From an uncultured Verrucomicrobiaceae bacterium (GTDB lineage: Bacteria > Pseudomonadota > Gammaproteobacteria > Pseudomonadales > CAMLJR01), in the NCBI GenBank assembly GCA_964515735.1, contig CAZEVP010000003.1, positions 18,731 through 82,730 on the forward strand: a stretch of 64,000 nt of DNA, read 5' to 3'. The translations under genes were made by a program, and so were the position numbers. Below the pieces are notes generated by a model. That model did no database searches. It saw only the letters and a list, made by a program, of their open reading frames with translations, and was not told the DNA's origin. This document shows, in pieces, positions 17,912 through 30,254 of the stretch. Numbering within the stretch: position 1 is the stretch's first letter; every line of letters starts with the position of its first letter.

Positions 17912-18298
17912 TCACAACGCCAGAATCACCTCTACTTCGATCTGCGCACCGCGCGGCAGCGCCGCCACCTGCACGCAGGCGCGCGCCGGATACGGTTCGC
18001 TGAAATAGCGTTTCATCACTTCATTGACGCGGGCGAAGTCGCCGAGGTCGGTCAGCGAGATGTTGACCTTGACCGCATCGTCAAACGCACCGCCGGCCGC
18101 CTTCGCCACCGCGGCCAGATTGTCGAACACGCGCACCGCCTGCGCCTCGATGTCGCCGTCGATCATCTCCATTGTCTTCGGGTCGAGCGGAATCTGGCCT
18201 GACAGATAGACCGTGTCGCCGACCCGAACCGCCTGCGAGTAGGGGCCGATCGCGGCCGGGGCATCGGCGGTGGCGATGATGGTGCGCTTGCTGCTCAC
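17912..18298 (-). CDS. ridA: RidA/YjgF-family reactive enamine/imine deaminase
   Basis: [12 protein letters not shown]…[11 protein letters not shown]…[22 protein letters not shown]. Confidence 0.9.
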   Translation of the reverse strand: MSSKRTIIATADAPAAIGPYSQAVRVGDTVYLSGQIPLDPKTMEMIDGDIEAQAVRVFDNLAAVAKAAGGAFDDAVKVNISLTDLGDFARVNEVMKRYFSEPYPARACVQVAALPRGAQIEVEVILAL

Positions 18299-18326
18299 GA
18301 AACTCTCCTCTGTGAGTGTTGCCCGG

Positions 18327-18421
18327 CCTCGTCATTCTGCGCGAAGCAAAGCGAAGTCGCAGAATCCATCCGGCTTCGTGCACTGACCGTGGATTCTGCG
18401 ACTGCGCGCAGAATGACGAGG
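18327..18421. repeat. 95-bp nested imperfect palindrome (REP/MITE-like element)
   Basis: Outer arms CCTCGTCATTCTGCGCG (18327-18343) and CGCGCAGAATGACGAGG (18405-18421) are exact. Inner arms GTCGCAGAATCCA (18356-18368) and TGGATTCTGCGAC (18390-18402) are exact. Lies between spoT and ridA. Confidence 0.85.
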
Positions 18422-18438
18422 TTCGGATTCTGAATTTT

Positions 18439-20601
18439 CTAGTGACGAATGCGCACGACTTTAGTCACGCCCTTGACGGTGCGAATCCGCTTCATCACCT
18501 GCGCCAGATGAACGCGGTTGTGGACGCCGACCAGCAGGTGCACCGTCGACAGGCGCGGGTCGTCCTCGTCGACGTTGATTTTCTTGATGCTGGCGTCGGC
18601 GCCGGTGATCCGGGTGGCGATGACGGCGATGACGCCACGGCTCTTCTCCAGCACCACCTTGATCGTCACCGAGAACTCGCCGCCGATGCCATCGGCCCAG
18701 CGCAGCGGCACCAGCCGCTCCGGCTTGTCGCGCATCTCGGCGACGTTGTGGCAGCTGGCGGTGTGCACGACCATGCCGCGCTCGGCGCTGATCAGCCCCA
18801 TGATCGGGTCGCCCGGAATCGGGTGGCAGCACTTGGCGAAGTTGAGCAGGAAACCTTCGGTGCCGTGGATCACCAGCGCGTCATCGGGCTGCGCGCGGCT
18901 CCCCTCCAGCTCGGCCGGCTCGCTCATCAGCTGGCGCGCGGCGATGAAGGCGACGCGGTTGCCGAGGCCGATCTGTTCGAGCACCCGCTCGAACTGGTCG
19001 ACGCCGGCATCGCTCAACAGTCGCTGTTTCTGCTCGTCGGTCAGCTTGTCGACCGAGGTATTGAAATTGACCAGCGCCTTGTCGAGCAGCCGCAGCCCGA
19101 GCTGCACGGCGTCGGCGAGCCGGCGGTGTTTCAGGAAGTGGCGGATCGCGGTGCGCGCGCGCGCGGTGACGACGAAGTTGAGCCAGGCCGGGTTCGGCTG
19201 CGCGCCGGGCGCGGTGATGACCTCGACCGTCTGGCCGCTCTGCAGCACTTCGGACAGCGGCGCCAGCCGGCGGTTGATGCGGCAGGCGACGCAGCTGTTG
19301 CCGACGTCGGAGTGCACGGCGTAGGCGAAGTCGAGCGGCGTCGCCCCCTGCGGCAGTTCCTTGATGTCGCCCCTCGGCGTGAACACGTAGACCTCGTCCG
19401 GGAACAGATCGATTTTTACGTTCTCGATGAATTCGAGACTGTTGCCGGCGCGCTGCTGCATCTCCAGCAATCCCTGCACCCAGCGCCGCGCGCGCGCGTG
19501 CGAGCCGCTCGCCACGTCGCTGCTCGAACTCTTGTAGAGCCAGTGCGCGGCGATGCCGTTGTTGGCCATCTCCTCCATCTCTTCGGTGCGGATCTGGATC
19601 TCGATCGGCACGCCGTGCATGCCGAACAGCACCGTGTGCAGCGACTGGTAGCCGTTGGCCTTGGGGATGGCGATGTAGTCCTTGAACTGTCCCGGCACCG
19701 GCTTGTAGAGGCTGTGCACGCAGCCGAGCACGCGGTAGCAGGTGTCGACGGAGTCGACGACGATGCGGAAGGCGTAGATGTCCATGATTTCCGAAAACGA
19801 CTTCCGCTTCGTTTTCATCTTCTTGTAGATGCTGTACAGGTGCTTCTCTCGCCCCAGCACGCGGGCGTCGTGCCCCTCCTGCTGCAGGTAGTGCTCGATC
19901 GACGAGCGGATGTTCTCCACGATCTCCTTGCGGTTGCCGCGCACCGCCTTCACCGCGGCGCGAATGCGGTCGGCGCGCATCGGGTGCATCGCCGCGAAAC
20001 CGAGATCCTCGAACTCGACCCGCATCGTGTGCATACCGAGCCGCTGCGCGATCGGCGCGTAGATGTCCAGCGTCTCGCGCGCGATGCGGCGGCGCTTGTC
20101 GGGGGCCAGCACGCCGAGCGTGCGCATGTTGTGCAGGCGGTCGGCCAGCTTGACCAGGATGACGCGGATGTCCTTCGCCATCGCCAGCGCCATCTTCTGG
20201 AAGTTTTCGGCCTGCGCCTCGGCCTTCGACTGGAACTCGATCTGGGTCAGCTTGGAGACGCCGTCGACCAGCTCGGCGACGGCATCGCCGAAACGTTCCA
20301 CCAGCACTTCCTTGCCGACGCCGGTGTCCTCGATGACGTCGTGCATCATCGCCGCCATCAGGCTCTGATGGTCCATGTGCATGTCGGCGAGGATGGCGGC
20401 CACCGCCAGCGGGTGGGTGACGTAGGGTTCGCCGCTGTGGCGGCTCTGGCCGGCGTGCGCCTGCTCGGCGAGGAAGTAGGCCTCGCGAACCTGGGCGATC
20501 TCGGCGGGGGAGAGGTAGCTGGCGAGCGAGTCGCTCAGCGAGTCAATGGTCAGCGCCCGGGGTTCGGCCGGCTTCTGGGGAAAAATGCTGAACTGCAGCA
20601 T
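18439..20601 (-). CDS. spoT: Bifunctional (p)ppGpp synthetase/hydrolase SpoT
   Basis: HD hydrolase motif (HPLAVAAILADMHMD…MMHDVIEDT), RelA/SpoT synthetase, TGS and ACT regions. rpoZ-spoT synteny. Confidence 0.9.
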   Translation of the reverse strand: MLQFSIFPQKPAEPRALTIDSLSDSLASYLSPAEIAQVREAYFLAEQAHAGQSRHSGEPYVTHPLAVAAILADMHMDHQSLMAAMMHDVIEDTGVGKEVLVERFGDAVAELVDGVSKLTQIEFQSKAEAQAENFQKMALAMAKDIRVILVKLADRLHNMRTLGVLAPDKRRRIARETLDIYAPIAQRLGMHTMRVEFEDLGFAAMHPMRADRIRAAVKAVRGNRKEIVENIRSSIEHYLQQEGHDARVLGREKHLYSIYKKMKTKRKSFSEIMDIYAFRIVVDSVDTCYRVLGCVHSLYKPVPGQFKDYIAIPKANGYQSLHTVLFGMHGVPIEIQIRTEEMEEMANNGIAAHWLYKSSSSDVASGSHARARRWVQGLLEMQQRAGNSLEFIENVKIDLFPDEVYVFTPRGDIKELPQGATPLDFAYAVHSDVGNSCVACRINRRLAPLSEVLQSGQTVEVITAPGAQPNPAWLNFVVTARARTAIRHFLKHRRLADAVQLGLRLLDKALVNFNTSVDKLTDEQKQRLLSDAGVDQFERVLEQIGLGNRVAFIAARQLMSEPAELEGSRAQPDDALVIHGTEGFLLNFAKCCHPIPGDPIMGLISAERGMVVHTASCHNVAEMRDKPERLVPLRWADGIGGEFSVTIKVVLEKSRGVIAVIATRITGADASIKKINVDEDDPRLSTVHLLVGVHNRVHLAQVMKRIRTVKGVTKVVRIRH

Positions 20602-20643
20602 GTGGTCGGGCTCCCCCCTGGCGCTTCAGCGGTCAGGGCTCGC

Positions 20644-20931
20644 TCAAAGCTCTTGCGGCTGCTGCTCCTCGGCGGCGGCCGCTGCCGCCTCGATCGCGGC
20701 GGCGGCGGCGGCTTCGCGCACTTCGGCCTCGACCTTCATGATCTTGTCGCGGTCGATCAGCCCCTCGGCGATCTCTCGCAGCGCCAGCACGGTCGGCTTG
20801 TCGCCCTGCTCCTGCACCAGCGGATCCTTGCCGCCAACCGACAGCTGGCGTGCACGTTTGCTGGCGATCATGACCAGTTCGAAACGGTTGTCGACCTTGT
20901 CGAGACAATCTTCAACAGTGATGCGCGCCAT
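20644..20931 (-). CDS. rpoZ: RNA polymerase omega subunit
   Basis: [30 protein letters not shown]. Ala-rich C-terminal tail. Confidence 0.9.
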   Translation of the reverse strand: MARITVEDCLDKVDNRFELVMIASKRARQLSVGGKDPLVQEQGDKPTVLALREIAEGLIDRDKIMKVEAEVREAAAAAAIEAAAAAAEEQQPQEL

Positions 20932-21087
20932 CGAGTGCTCCGGTAAATGCGTCTGTCGTTACTGAGTGGGAATGTAAAGCCGCCGCGGCAAGCCGGTTGC
21001 CGCTGTGGATAAGTGCGGAACGGAACATGGTAACAGAGCCGCCGCGGCCGGAGAAAGCCGGGCGCTGCGGCGGGCCGGCACTTTCCA

Positions 21088-22625
<1,538 letters not shown>

Positions 22626-22753
22626 CGGCGGGGTCCGCGAGGCGAGTGAGCCGGCATTCTAGGGTGAATCGACAGGCATGTCCCACCGCCCCGTCGGTGC
22701 GCGCCGATATAATGCCGCCCCTTTTTCCGTACCCCTTCGATCAGGAGCCAGCC

Positions 22754-23479
22754 ATGAGCCGTCCCAGCGGTCGCGCCGCCGACCAGTTGCGTCCGGTGGC
22801 AATCACCCGCCACTTCACCCGCCACGCCGAGGGTTCGGTGCTGGTCAGCTTCGGCGACACCCGCGTCATCTGCACCGCCAGCGTCGAGTCCGGCGTGCCG
22901 CGCTTCCTGCGCGGCTCCGGCCAGGGCTGGATCACCGCCGAGTACGGCATGTTGCCGCGCTCGACCGGCACGCGGATGGACCGCGAGGCGGCGAAGGGCA
23001 AGCAGGGCGGGCGCACAGTCGAGATCCAGCGGCTGATCGGCCGCTCGCTGCGCGCCGGCATCGACCTCGCCGCGCTCGGCGAGAACACCATCACGATCGA
23101 CTGCGACGTGATCCAGGCCGACGGCGGCACCCGCACCGCGGCGATCACCGGCGCCGGCGTGGCGCTGGCCGATGCGCTGGCGGCAATGGCCGAGCGCGGC
23201 CTGCTGGCGGCCGGCGCGAAGCCGTTGAAGCAGCTGGTGGCGGCGGTGTCGGTCGGTATCTACGAGGGCCGGCCGGTGCTCGACCTCGACTACGCCGAGG
23301 ACTCGAAAGCCGAGACCGACATGAACGTGGTGATGACCGAGAGCGGCGGCTTCATCGAGATTCAGGGCACCGCCGAGGGCGAACCGTTCGCCGGTGCCGA
23401 ACTGGAGGAGATGCTGGCGCTGGCGCGCAAGGGAGTGATGGCGCTGGTCGGCAAACAGCGCGAGGCGCTGGCCGGCTGA
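22754..23479 (+). CDS. rph: Ribonuclease PH
   Basis: [13 protein letters not shown]…[19 protein letters not shown]…[14 protein letters not shown]…[14 protein letters not shown]. Confidence 0.95.
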   Translation: MSRPSGRAADQLRPVAITRHFTRHAEGSVLVSFGDTRVICTASVESGVPRFLRGSGQGWITAEYGMLPRSTGTRMDREAAKGKQGGRTVEIQRLIGRSLRAGIDLAALGENTITIDCDVIQADGGTRTAAITGAGVALADALAAMAERGLLAAGAKPLKQLVAAVSVGIYEGRPVLDLDYAEDSKAETDMNVVMTESGGFIEIQGTAEGEPFAGAELEEMLALARKGVMALVGKQREALAG

Positions 23480-23498
23480 TGGCGCTGCCACAAGCAAT

Positions 23499-23527
23499 AA
23501 AAAACCCGGCCTGGGCCGGGTTTTTTG
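23499..23527. terminator. Bidirectional rho-independent terminator
   Basis: AAAAAACCCGGCC-TGG-GCCGGGTTTTTT, between rph (+) and the convergent Crc-like gene (-). Confidence 0.75.
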
Positions 23528-23546
23528 TTACTGCGCGGCGCCGTCC

Positions 23547-24314
23547 TCACAGCTCGTAGTCGTAATCCATGATCACCGGCGCGTGCTGACCGAACTGCTG
23601 GCTCTTGTAGGTGATGCCGTACTCGATGGTGCTGCGCAGACCGGCCGACACCACCTGATAGTCGACGCGCCAGCCGTTGCTGTCGCGCTCGCCGTCGGGC
23701 CACCAGGTGAACTCGTCGGGGTCGGTGTTGACGGCGCGGAAGGCATCGACATAGCCGAGTTCGCCGAACAGCCGGTCCATCCACTGCTGCTCTTCCGGCA
23801 GGTTGCCGGAGGCATCGCGGTTCAGCGTCGGGTCCTGCACGTCCTGCTGGCGGTGGGCGATCCCCCAGTTGCCGCAGATGATGAATTCGCGGCGCTTGTT
23901 GCGCACCTTGTTCAGGTGCGCCTGATAGAGCTCGAAGAAGCGCATCTTGCGCTGCTGCAACTTGACGTCCTTCGGCCAGGCGTTCGGCGCCAGCAGGCAG
24001 CCGACGCTGATGCGGTCGAAATCGGCCTGGATGTAGCGGCCTTCGGCGTCGAACTCGGCGAAACCGAGGCCGGTCATGATCGCCTTCGGCAACGCGCGGC
24101 AGTAGATCGCCACGCCGTTCTCGTCCGGCTCGGCGGAGTCGTAGAAATAGGCGTTGTAGCCGTCGGGGAAGAAGACGGGGTCCTGCAGCCGGTACTCCTG
24201 CACGCCGAGGTTCTGCACGCAGATCAGGTCGGCATCCTGATCCAGCGCCCAGTCGAAAAAGCCCCGCTTGGCGGCATCCTTAATGGAGTCCGCGCAAAAG
24301 CTGATGATACGCAT
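23547..24314 (-). CDS. crc: Crc-like protein (exonuclease III/EEP fold with degenerate catalytic residues)
   Basis: EEP fold, but ExoIII catalytic motifs are replaced: QETK becomes VQNLG, GDMN becomes GNWG, SDHAP becomes GQHAP. GRYIQADFD and QHAPVIMDYDY resemble Pseudomonas Crc. Position between rph and pyrE matches crc synteny. Confidence 0.6.
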   Translation of the reverse strand: MRIISFCADSIKDAAKRGFFDWALDQDADLICVQNLGVQEYRLQDPVFFPDGYNAYFYDSAEPDENGVAIYCRALPKAIMTGLGFAEFDAEGRYIQADFDRISVGCLLAPNAWPKDVKLQQRKMRFFELYQAHLNKVRNKRREFIICGNWGIAHRQQDVQDPTLNRDASGNLPEEQQWMDRLFGELGYVDAFRAVNTDPDEFTWWPDGERDSNGWRVDYQVVSAGLRSTIEYGITYKSQQFGQHAPVIMDYDYEL

Positions 24315-24429
24315 AGCTGCACCACGGAAATATGAGCCGACAATGATAGCCGAGCGGGCGCGGCGGCGCGAAGCGCCGGCGTCCCGGCTGCGCTAGAATT
24401 GCCGGCCACTACCGCCCGGATCGCCGCCC

Positions 24430-25068
24430 ATGCAGAGCCACCAGCAGCGCTTCATCGAACTGGCCGTCGCCCGTCAGGTGCTCGGCTTCGGTGAGTTCAC
24501 GCTGAAATCAGGGCGCATCAGCCCCTACTTCTTCAACGCCGGCAAGTTCAGCTCCGGCCGCGCGCTGCTCGAACTGGGGCGCTGCTACGCCGAGACGCTG
24601 GTGGCGCAGGGCGCGCAGTTCGATCTGCTGTTCGGCCCCGCCTACAAGGGCATTCCGCTGGCCGCCGCCACCGCCTGCGCGCTGGCCGAGCGTTTCGACC
24701 GCGACGTGCCGTTCACCTACAACCGCAAGGAGGCGAAGGATCACGGCGAGGGCGGCACGCTGGTCGGCGCGCCGCTGCGCGGCCGCGTCATGATCGTCGA
24801 CGACGTCATCACCGCCGGCACCGCGGTGCGCGAGGTGGTCGAGATCATCCGCGCCCACGGCGCCGAGCCGGCCGGTGTCGTCATCGGCCTGAACCGGCAG
24901 GAGCGCGGCAAGGGCTCGCTGTCGGCGATCCAGGAGGTCGAGCGCGACTACGGCCTGCCGGTCTACAGCATCATCGCGCTGGAGGACATCGTCGCCTGGC
25001 TGCAGACGCAGGGCGACGACGACCTGCTGGCGCGCGTGCGCGCCTATCGCGCCGAGTACGGCATCTGA
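24430..25068 (+). CDS. pyrE: Orotate phosphoribosyltransferase
   Basis: [19 protein letters not shown]…[10 protein letters not shown]…[13 protein letters not shown]. Confidence 0.95.
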   Translation: MQSHQQRFIELAVARQVLGFGEFTLKSGRISPYFFNAGKFSSGRALLELGRCYAETLVAQGAQFDLLFGPAYKGIPLAAATACALAERFDRDVPFTYNRKEAKDHGEGGTLVGAPLRGRVMIVDDVITAGTAVREVVEIIRAHGAEPAGVVIGLNRQERGKGSLSAIQEVERDYGLPVYSIIALEDIVAWLQTQGDDDLLARVRAYRAEYGI

Positions 25069-25102
25069 CCCGCCCACTCACCCACCGCCGACGCCAATAA
25101 CC

Positions 25103-25771
25103 ATGAATACACGTCGCACCAGAGCCCGCATCCGCCACGGCGCCCTCGCGCTGGCGCTGACACTGCTCGCCGTCGAGGTCGGCCTGGCCGCCGAACAGCC
25201 GCGCAAGGGGCAGCTGCTCTACCGCTACCGCGACAATCGCGGCGTGATGTCGATCGACGACCACGTGCCGCCGGAGTTCATCAAGAACGGTTACCAGGTG
25301 ATCACCCGCGACGGCCGCGTCATCGAGGAGGTCGGCCCGCAGCTCAGCGGTGAAGCGGCCGCGCGCGCGCACGCCGCCGCCAGCGAAGCCAAACGGATAC
25401 GGGAGTGGGACGAATCGCTGCTGCGCCGCTACAGCACCGTCGCCGACATCGAAGCGGCGCGCGAGCGCGCGCTGCGCGAGTTCGACATCCGCATCTCGAT
25501 CCTGAACAGCAACCTGCAGTCGGTGAAGGGGCAGATCGAGCGCGAACAGGCGCGCGCCGCCGACATCGAGCGGCGCGGGCAGCAGGTGCCGACGGATCTG
25601 GCCAGATCGATCGACGATCTGCGCGGCGAGATCGCCGTGACCGAGGAGACGATCGCGCTGCGCAAGCGCGAGCGCGACGAGGTCTACGCCAGCTTCCAGC
25701 GCGACATCGAGCGTTTCCAGTCGTTGAAGGATGTGATCGAGGCGCGCCGTCGCGGCTACGGCGGCGGCTGA
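25103..25771 (+). CDS. Secreted DUF4124-like coiled-coil protein
   Basis: Signal peptide, then LYRYRDNRGVMSIDDHVPPEF (DUF4124-like), then a long heptad-rich charged region. Confidence 0.55.
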   Translation: MNTRRTRARIRHGALALALTLLAVEVGLAAEQPRKGQLLYRYRDNRGVMSIDDHVPPEFIKNGYQVITRDGRVIEEVGPQLSGEAAARAHAAASEAKRIREWDESLLRRYSTVADIEAARERALREFDIRISILNSNLQSVKGQIEREQARAADIERRGQQVPTDLARSIDDLRGEIAVTEETIALRKRERDEVYASFQRDIERFQSLKDVIEARRRGYGGG

Positions 25772-25772
25772 T

Positions 25773-26399
25773 TCAATGGCCGGCGGCCTCGGCGCCGCCG
25801 CGCAGCATCGGCGTCGGGCGGAAGAAACCGTCCATCAGCAGCGGCCACTGCTCCGGCCACGCCTCGGTCGGGCGCCGCTTGAACCCGCTGCGAACGAACT
25901 GCGCGATGCGCCCCTCGGCGGCGGCCAGCAGCAGGTTGGCGCTGGCGGAGACGGTCAGCGTCGTGCGCAACCCCTCGCGCAGCTCGGCCTCGCGCAGCGT
26001 CTGTTTCAACTGGGTTTCGATACGGTCGTAGAGCTGCGCCACGCGCGTGCGCAGCCGCTCGGTCTCGCCGGTCAGCGCGTCGCCGCTGAGCAGCCGGCTG
26101 ATGCCGGGGTTGCGCTCGGCGAACGCCAGCAGCAGGCCGAGGATCTTCTCGCACTGCCCCGCCGCCGTCGCCTCCTCGGACTGGATCAGCGCGATGCGGC
26201 TGAACAGCGTCTCCTCGATGAACTCGATCAGCCCCTCGAACATCTTCGACTTGCTCGGGAAGTGGCGATAGAGCGCCGCCTCGGAGACACCGACGGCGCG
26301 CGCCAGCCCCGCCGTCGTGATGCGCTCGCCGGGGCTGGCTTCGAGCATCTGCGCCAACGCTTCGAGAATCTGCTGGCGGCGCGGGCTCTTCTTGATCAT
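25773..26399 (-). CDS. slmA: Nucleoid occlusion factor SlmA (TetR family)
   Basis: [14 protein letters not shown]…[40 protein letters not shown] closely parallels the SlmA N-terminus. An alternative start lies at 26432. Confidence 0.8.
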   Translation of the reverse strand: MIKKSPRRQQILEALAQMLEASPGERITTAGLARAVGVSEAALYRHFPSKSKMFEGLIEFIEETLFSRIALIQSEEATAAGQCEKILGLLLAFAERNPGISRLLSGDALTGETERLRTRVAQLYDRIETQLKQTLREAELREGLRTTLTVSASANLLLAAAEGRIAQFVRSGFKRRPTEAWPEQWPLLMDGFFRPTPMLRGGAEAAGH

Positions 26400-26647
26400 G
26401 GCGGGGTTCTCAACGGGCGCGATGACGGGCACTGACGGTCAGCTCGCACCAGCATGACCGGTGACTGCCGCAGGGGCGCCCGGTCGTTCATCTCTGTGCG
26501 CGATGGTGGCGACGCCATTCGATGACGGCGAACGACGCCAAAACGGACTCAATCGTAGACGCAGCCCCGGGGGGCTTCAACCTCGCCGGCGGACGCCGGT
26601 CGCAGCGAACGCGACCGCTCGTCGGATCGCCGCGGCTGGCGATGCGA

Positions 26648-27601
<954 letters not shown>

Positions 27602-27641
27602 TTACGGACTGCAGTTACGCACAATGGTGACGGACGACGGA

Positions 27642-27670
27642 TAAAAAAGCGCCCGCGCGAACGGCGGGCA
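27642..27670 (-). terminator. Rho-independent terminator after algC
   Basis: Minus strand reads GCCCGC-CGTTCGC-GCGGGC followed by GCTTTTTTAT, about 20 bp after the algC stop. Confidence 0.6.
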
Positions 27671-27688
27671 GCTTCGGAAACGCGGTAA

Positions 27689-30085
27689 TTAGAAACCAGA
27701 TGCGAGGCGGGGATCAATCGCGCCCAGCCGTTCGCGGAACAGCGCACGCACGCGTTCGAGCGCGTCGTCATCGTCACCCTCGAAGCGCAGCGTCAGTACC
27801 GGCCCGGTGTTGGAGGCGCGCACCAGCCCCCAGCCGTCGGCGAAATCGACGCGGATGCCGTCGAGCGTCGTCACCTTGCCGTCGTCGAAGCGGCACTCGC
27901 TGGCGATGCGCGACACCAGCGCGAACTTCTCCGCCTCGCCGACCTCGACCAGAATCTCCGGCGTGGCGACGCCGCCCGGCAGGCCGGCGAGGTGGTTGTC
28001 GAGGTTCGGGTCGGTGGTGCTGAGGATCTCGACCAGCCGCGCCGCCGCGTACATGCCGTCGTCGAAGCCGAACCAGCGCTCGTTGAAGAAGATGTGGCCG
28101 CTGAACTCGCCGCCGAGCAGCGCGCCGGTCTCCTGCATCTTCTCCTTCATGAACGAGTGGCCGCTCTTCCACATGATCGGGCGGCCGCCGAAAGCGGCGA
28201 CGACGCCGTTCAGCGCGCGCGTGCACTTGACGTCGAACAGCACGTCGGCGCCCGGATTGCGCGCGACCACGTCCTGCGCCAGCAGCATCAGCAGGCGGTC
28301 GGCGGCGACGATGGCGCCGCTGGCGCTGACGATGCCGACGCGGTCGCCATCGCCGTCGAAGGCGATGCCGAGGTCGGCGCCCTGCTCGCGCACCATGTGC
28401 ACCAGATCGCGCAGGTTGGCGGCGACGGTCGGGTCGGGGTGGTGGTTCGGGAAGCGGCCGTCGACGTCGCAGTAGAGCTGCACGACGTCGCAGCCGAGCG
28501 CCTCGAACAGCCGCGGCGCGACGGCACCGGCGACGCCGTTGCCGGCGTCGATCACCACCTTCAGCGGCTGCGCGATGGCGACGTCGTTGACGATGTAGTC
28601 GACGTAGGTCTCGGCGATCTCGGCGCTGCGGTAGCTGCCCTTGCCGCTGTTGAACTGGCGCTTCTCGATGCGCTCCTTCAGCGCCTGGATCGCGCGCCCG
28701 CTCAGCGTGCGGCCGGCGACGACGATCTTGAGGCCGTTGTACTGCGGCGGGTTGTGGCTGCCGGTCACCATGACGCCGGTCTGGGTGCCGAGCTGGTGAG
28801 TGGCGAAGTAGAGCAGCGGCGTCGGCGCCATGCCGACGTCGACGACGTCGCGGCCGCTGTCGCGCAGCCCCTGCACCAGCGCCTCGGCGATCGCCGGGCT
28901 GGAGTCGCGGCCGTCGCGGGCGACGACGACGGTCTGCTGGCCGCGGTCGAGCGCCTCGCTGCCGATCGCCAGACCGATCAGCCGCACGATCTCGGGCGTC
29001 AGCTGATGCGGCACCACGCCGCGAACGTCGTAGGCGCGGAAGATCGTCGCCGGCAGCTCGATGGCCGGTTCATCCATCTCCTCGACAACGACCTCGGGCT
29101 GCGCCGGCACCGCTGCCACGGCCGGCTCGGCGGCGGCGGTCGCAACTGGCGGCGGTGCCGCTTTGCGCTGAGTCAGCCGCTCGCGCAGCGCGGTGAAGCC
29201 GGGCAGGTCGGTGGCCTCGCCTCTGGCGAGCGCGGCGGCGTTGCGCTCCAGCGCCTTGCGGAATTCGCGCGCCGTCACCAGCGCACCGAGCAGGATGCCG
29301 GCCGCGCTGAGTGCCAGCGTCAGATAGAGCGGCAGCGACGACTGCTGCGTCTCGGCAATCCAGGCTCTGGCCGGCGCGACGCGCAGCTGCCAGTTGCCGG
29401 CGGTGAGATCGGTGATGCCGCCGCCCTCGGTGCCGCCACCGCCGGCACTGAGCACGACGCGCTGGCCGCCGTTGCGCTGCAGCAGCTCGGACTGGCCGCG
29501 ATTGCCGAGGTGGCGCTTCAGCAGGTCGGCCAGCAGCTCGGCCGGCAGCCGCACCAGCAGCGCGCCGCTGGCCTGCTGCTCGCCGGCGGCGACCTGCCCC
29601 TGGGCGAAGACGATCACCAGCCGGTCGTCGACCTTGTAGATCTCGGGGTCAACCACCGCGCCATCGGTGACGCGCCGCACCATGTCGATCTCGATGTTGT
29701 TGCGCAGCCCGGCAGCGGTGGTGTCGAGCCCGGCGATGCCGAGCGGGCCGAGCGGCACCAGCGCCACGCTGTGCGCCTCGGGAAACGCGAGCCGGGCCAG
29801 ATTGCCGCCATCGCCCAGCAGCGCCAGATCGGTGGCGGCGGCCTTCAGCCGCGCGCGGTACTGCGCCACCCAGTCGTTGACCAGTGCCGCCTGCGTCTGC
29901 GCCAGCTGCTGCGCGGCGCGTTCGCGCTGCTGTGCGTTGTGGGTCGGCAGATCGTAGAGCAGCAGAAAGACGTAGCAGGCGCCGACCGCCAGCAACCCGA
30001 GCAGCGCGCCGCGCAGTACGAGTCGGATCAGCGTGTTCTGGTCACTGCGCGGGGCAAACGAGTTGGCGGCGGGCTTCTTGGCCAT
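27689..30085 (-). CDS. algC: Phosphomannomutase/phosphoglucomutase with about 345-aa membrane-anchored N-terminal extension
   Basis: C-terminal 453 aa carry TGSHNPPQYNG (phospho-Ser loop), FDGDGDR and GGEFSGH. N-terminal part has two hydrophobic segments and a Pro/Ala linker. ATG 30085 (MAKKPAANS) fixed by frame arithmetic. Confidence 0.85.
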   Translation of the reverse strand: MAKKPAANSFAPRSDQNTLIRLVLRGALLGLLAVGACYVFLLLYDLPTHNAQQRERAAQQLAQTQAALVNDWVAQYRARLKAAATDLALLGDGGNLARLAFPEAHSVALVPLGPLGIAGLDTTAAGLRNNIEIDMVRRVTDGAVVDPEIYKVDDRLVIVFAQGQVAAGEQQASGALLVRLPAELLADLLKRHLGNRGQSELLQRNGGQRVVLSAGGGGTEGGGITDLTAGNWQLRVAPARAWIAETQQSSLPLYLTLALSAAGILLGALVTAREFRKALERNAAALARGEATDLPGFTALRERLTQRKAAPPPVATAAAEPAVAAVPAQPEVVVEEMDEPAIELPATIFRAYDVRGVVPHQLTPEIVRLIGLAIGSEALDRGQQTVVVARDGRDSSPAIAEALVQGLRDSGRDVVDVGMAPTPLLYFATHQLGTQTGVMVTGSHNPPQYNGLKIVVAGRTLSGRAIQALKERIEKRQFNSGKGSYRSAEIAETYVDYIVNDVAIAQPLKVVIDAGNGVAGAVAPRLFEALGCDVVQLYCDVDGRFPNHHPDPTVAANLRDLVHMVREQGADLGIAFDGDGDRVGIVSASGAIVAADRLLMLLAQDVVARNPGADVLFDVKCTRALNGVVAAFGGRPIMWKSGHSFMKEKMQETGALLGGEFSGHIFFNERWFGFDDGMYAAARLVEILSTTDPNLDNHLAGLPGGVATPEILVEVGEAEKFALVSRIASECRFDDGKVTTLDGIRVDFADGWGLVRASNTGPVLTLRFEGDDDDALERVRALFRERLGAIDPRLASGF

Positions 30086-30254
30086 TCCTTGCGGTTCCAG
30101 CTGGTGTGGGGGAGGCCCCCGTTCGGGAGGTCGCTGATTTATAGAATGGTTTTGGCGAATGACCAACGTTTCAGCGGACCGTGGAATGATGGGCGCCGAC
30201 CGGTGGGTTGTCCACTGCCCCACCGCGGCACTTTTCCCCGGGGTGCGGCCCGCG

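Noticed and set aside
20644-20730. Ala-rich C-terminal tail of RpoZ ([16 protein letters not shown]) as a repeat or novel domain
   Set aside because: Omega C-termini are variable and disordered. This is a low-complexity stretch in GC-rich coding DNA with no further evidence.
18316-20946. 876-aa ORF antisense to spoT/rpoZ
   Set aside because: Same artefact. spoT and rpoZ on the minus strand carry clear family motifs, and this frame has none.
26540-26580. Hairpin AGCCCC-GG-GGGGCT as the argB terminator
   Set aside because: The loop is very short and no U-tract follows on the argB (minus) strand.
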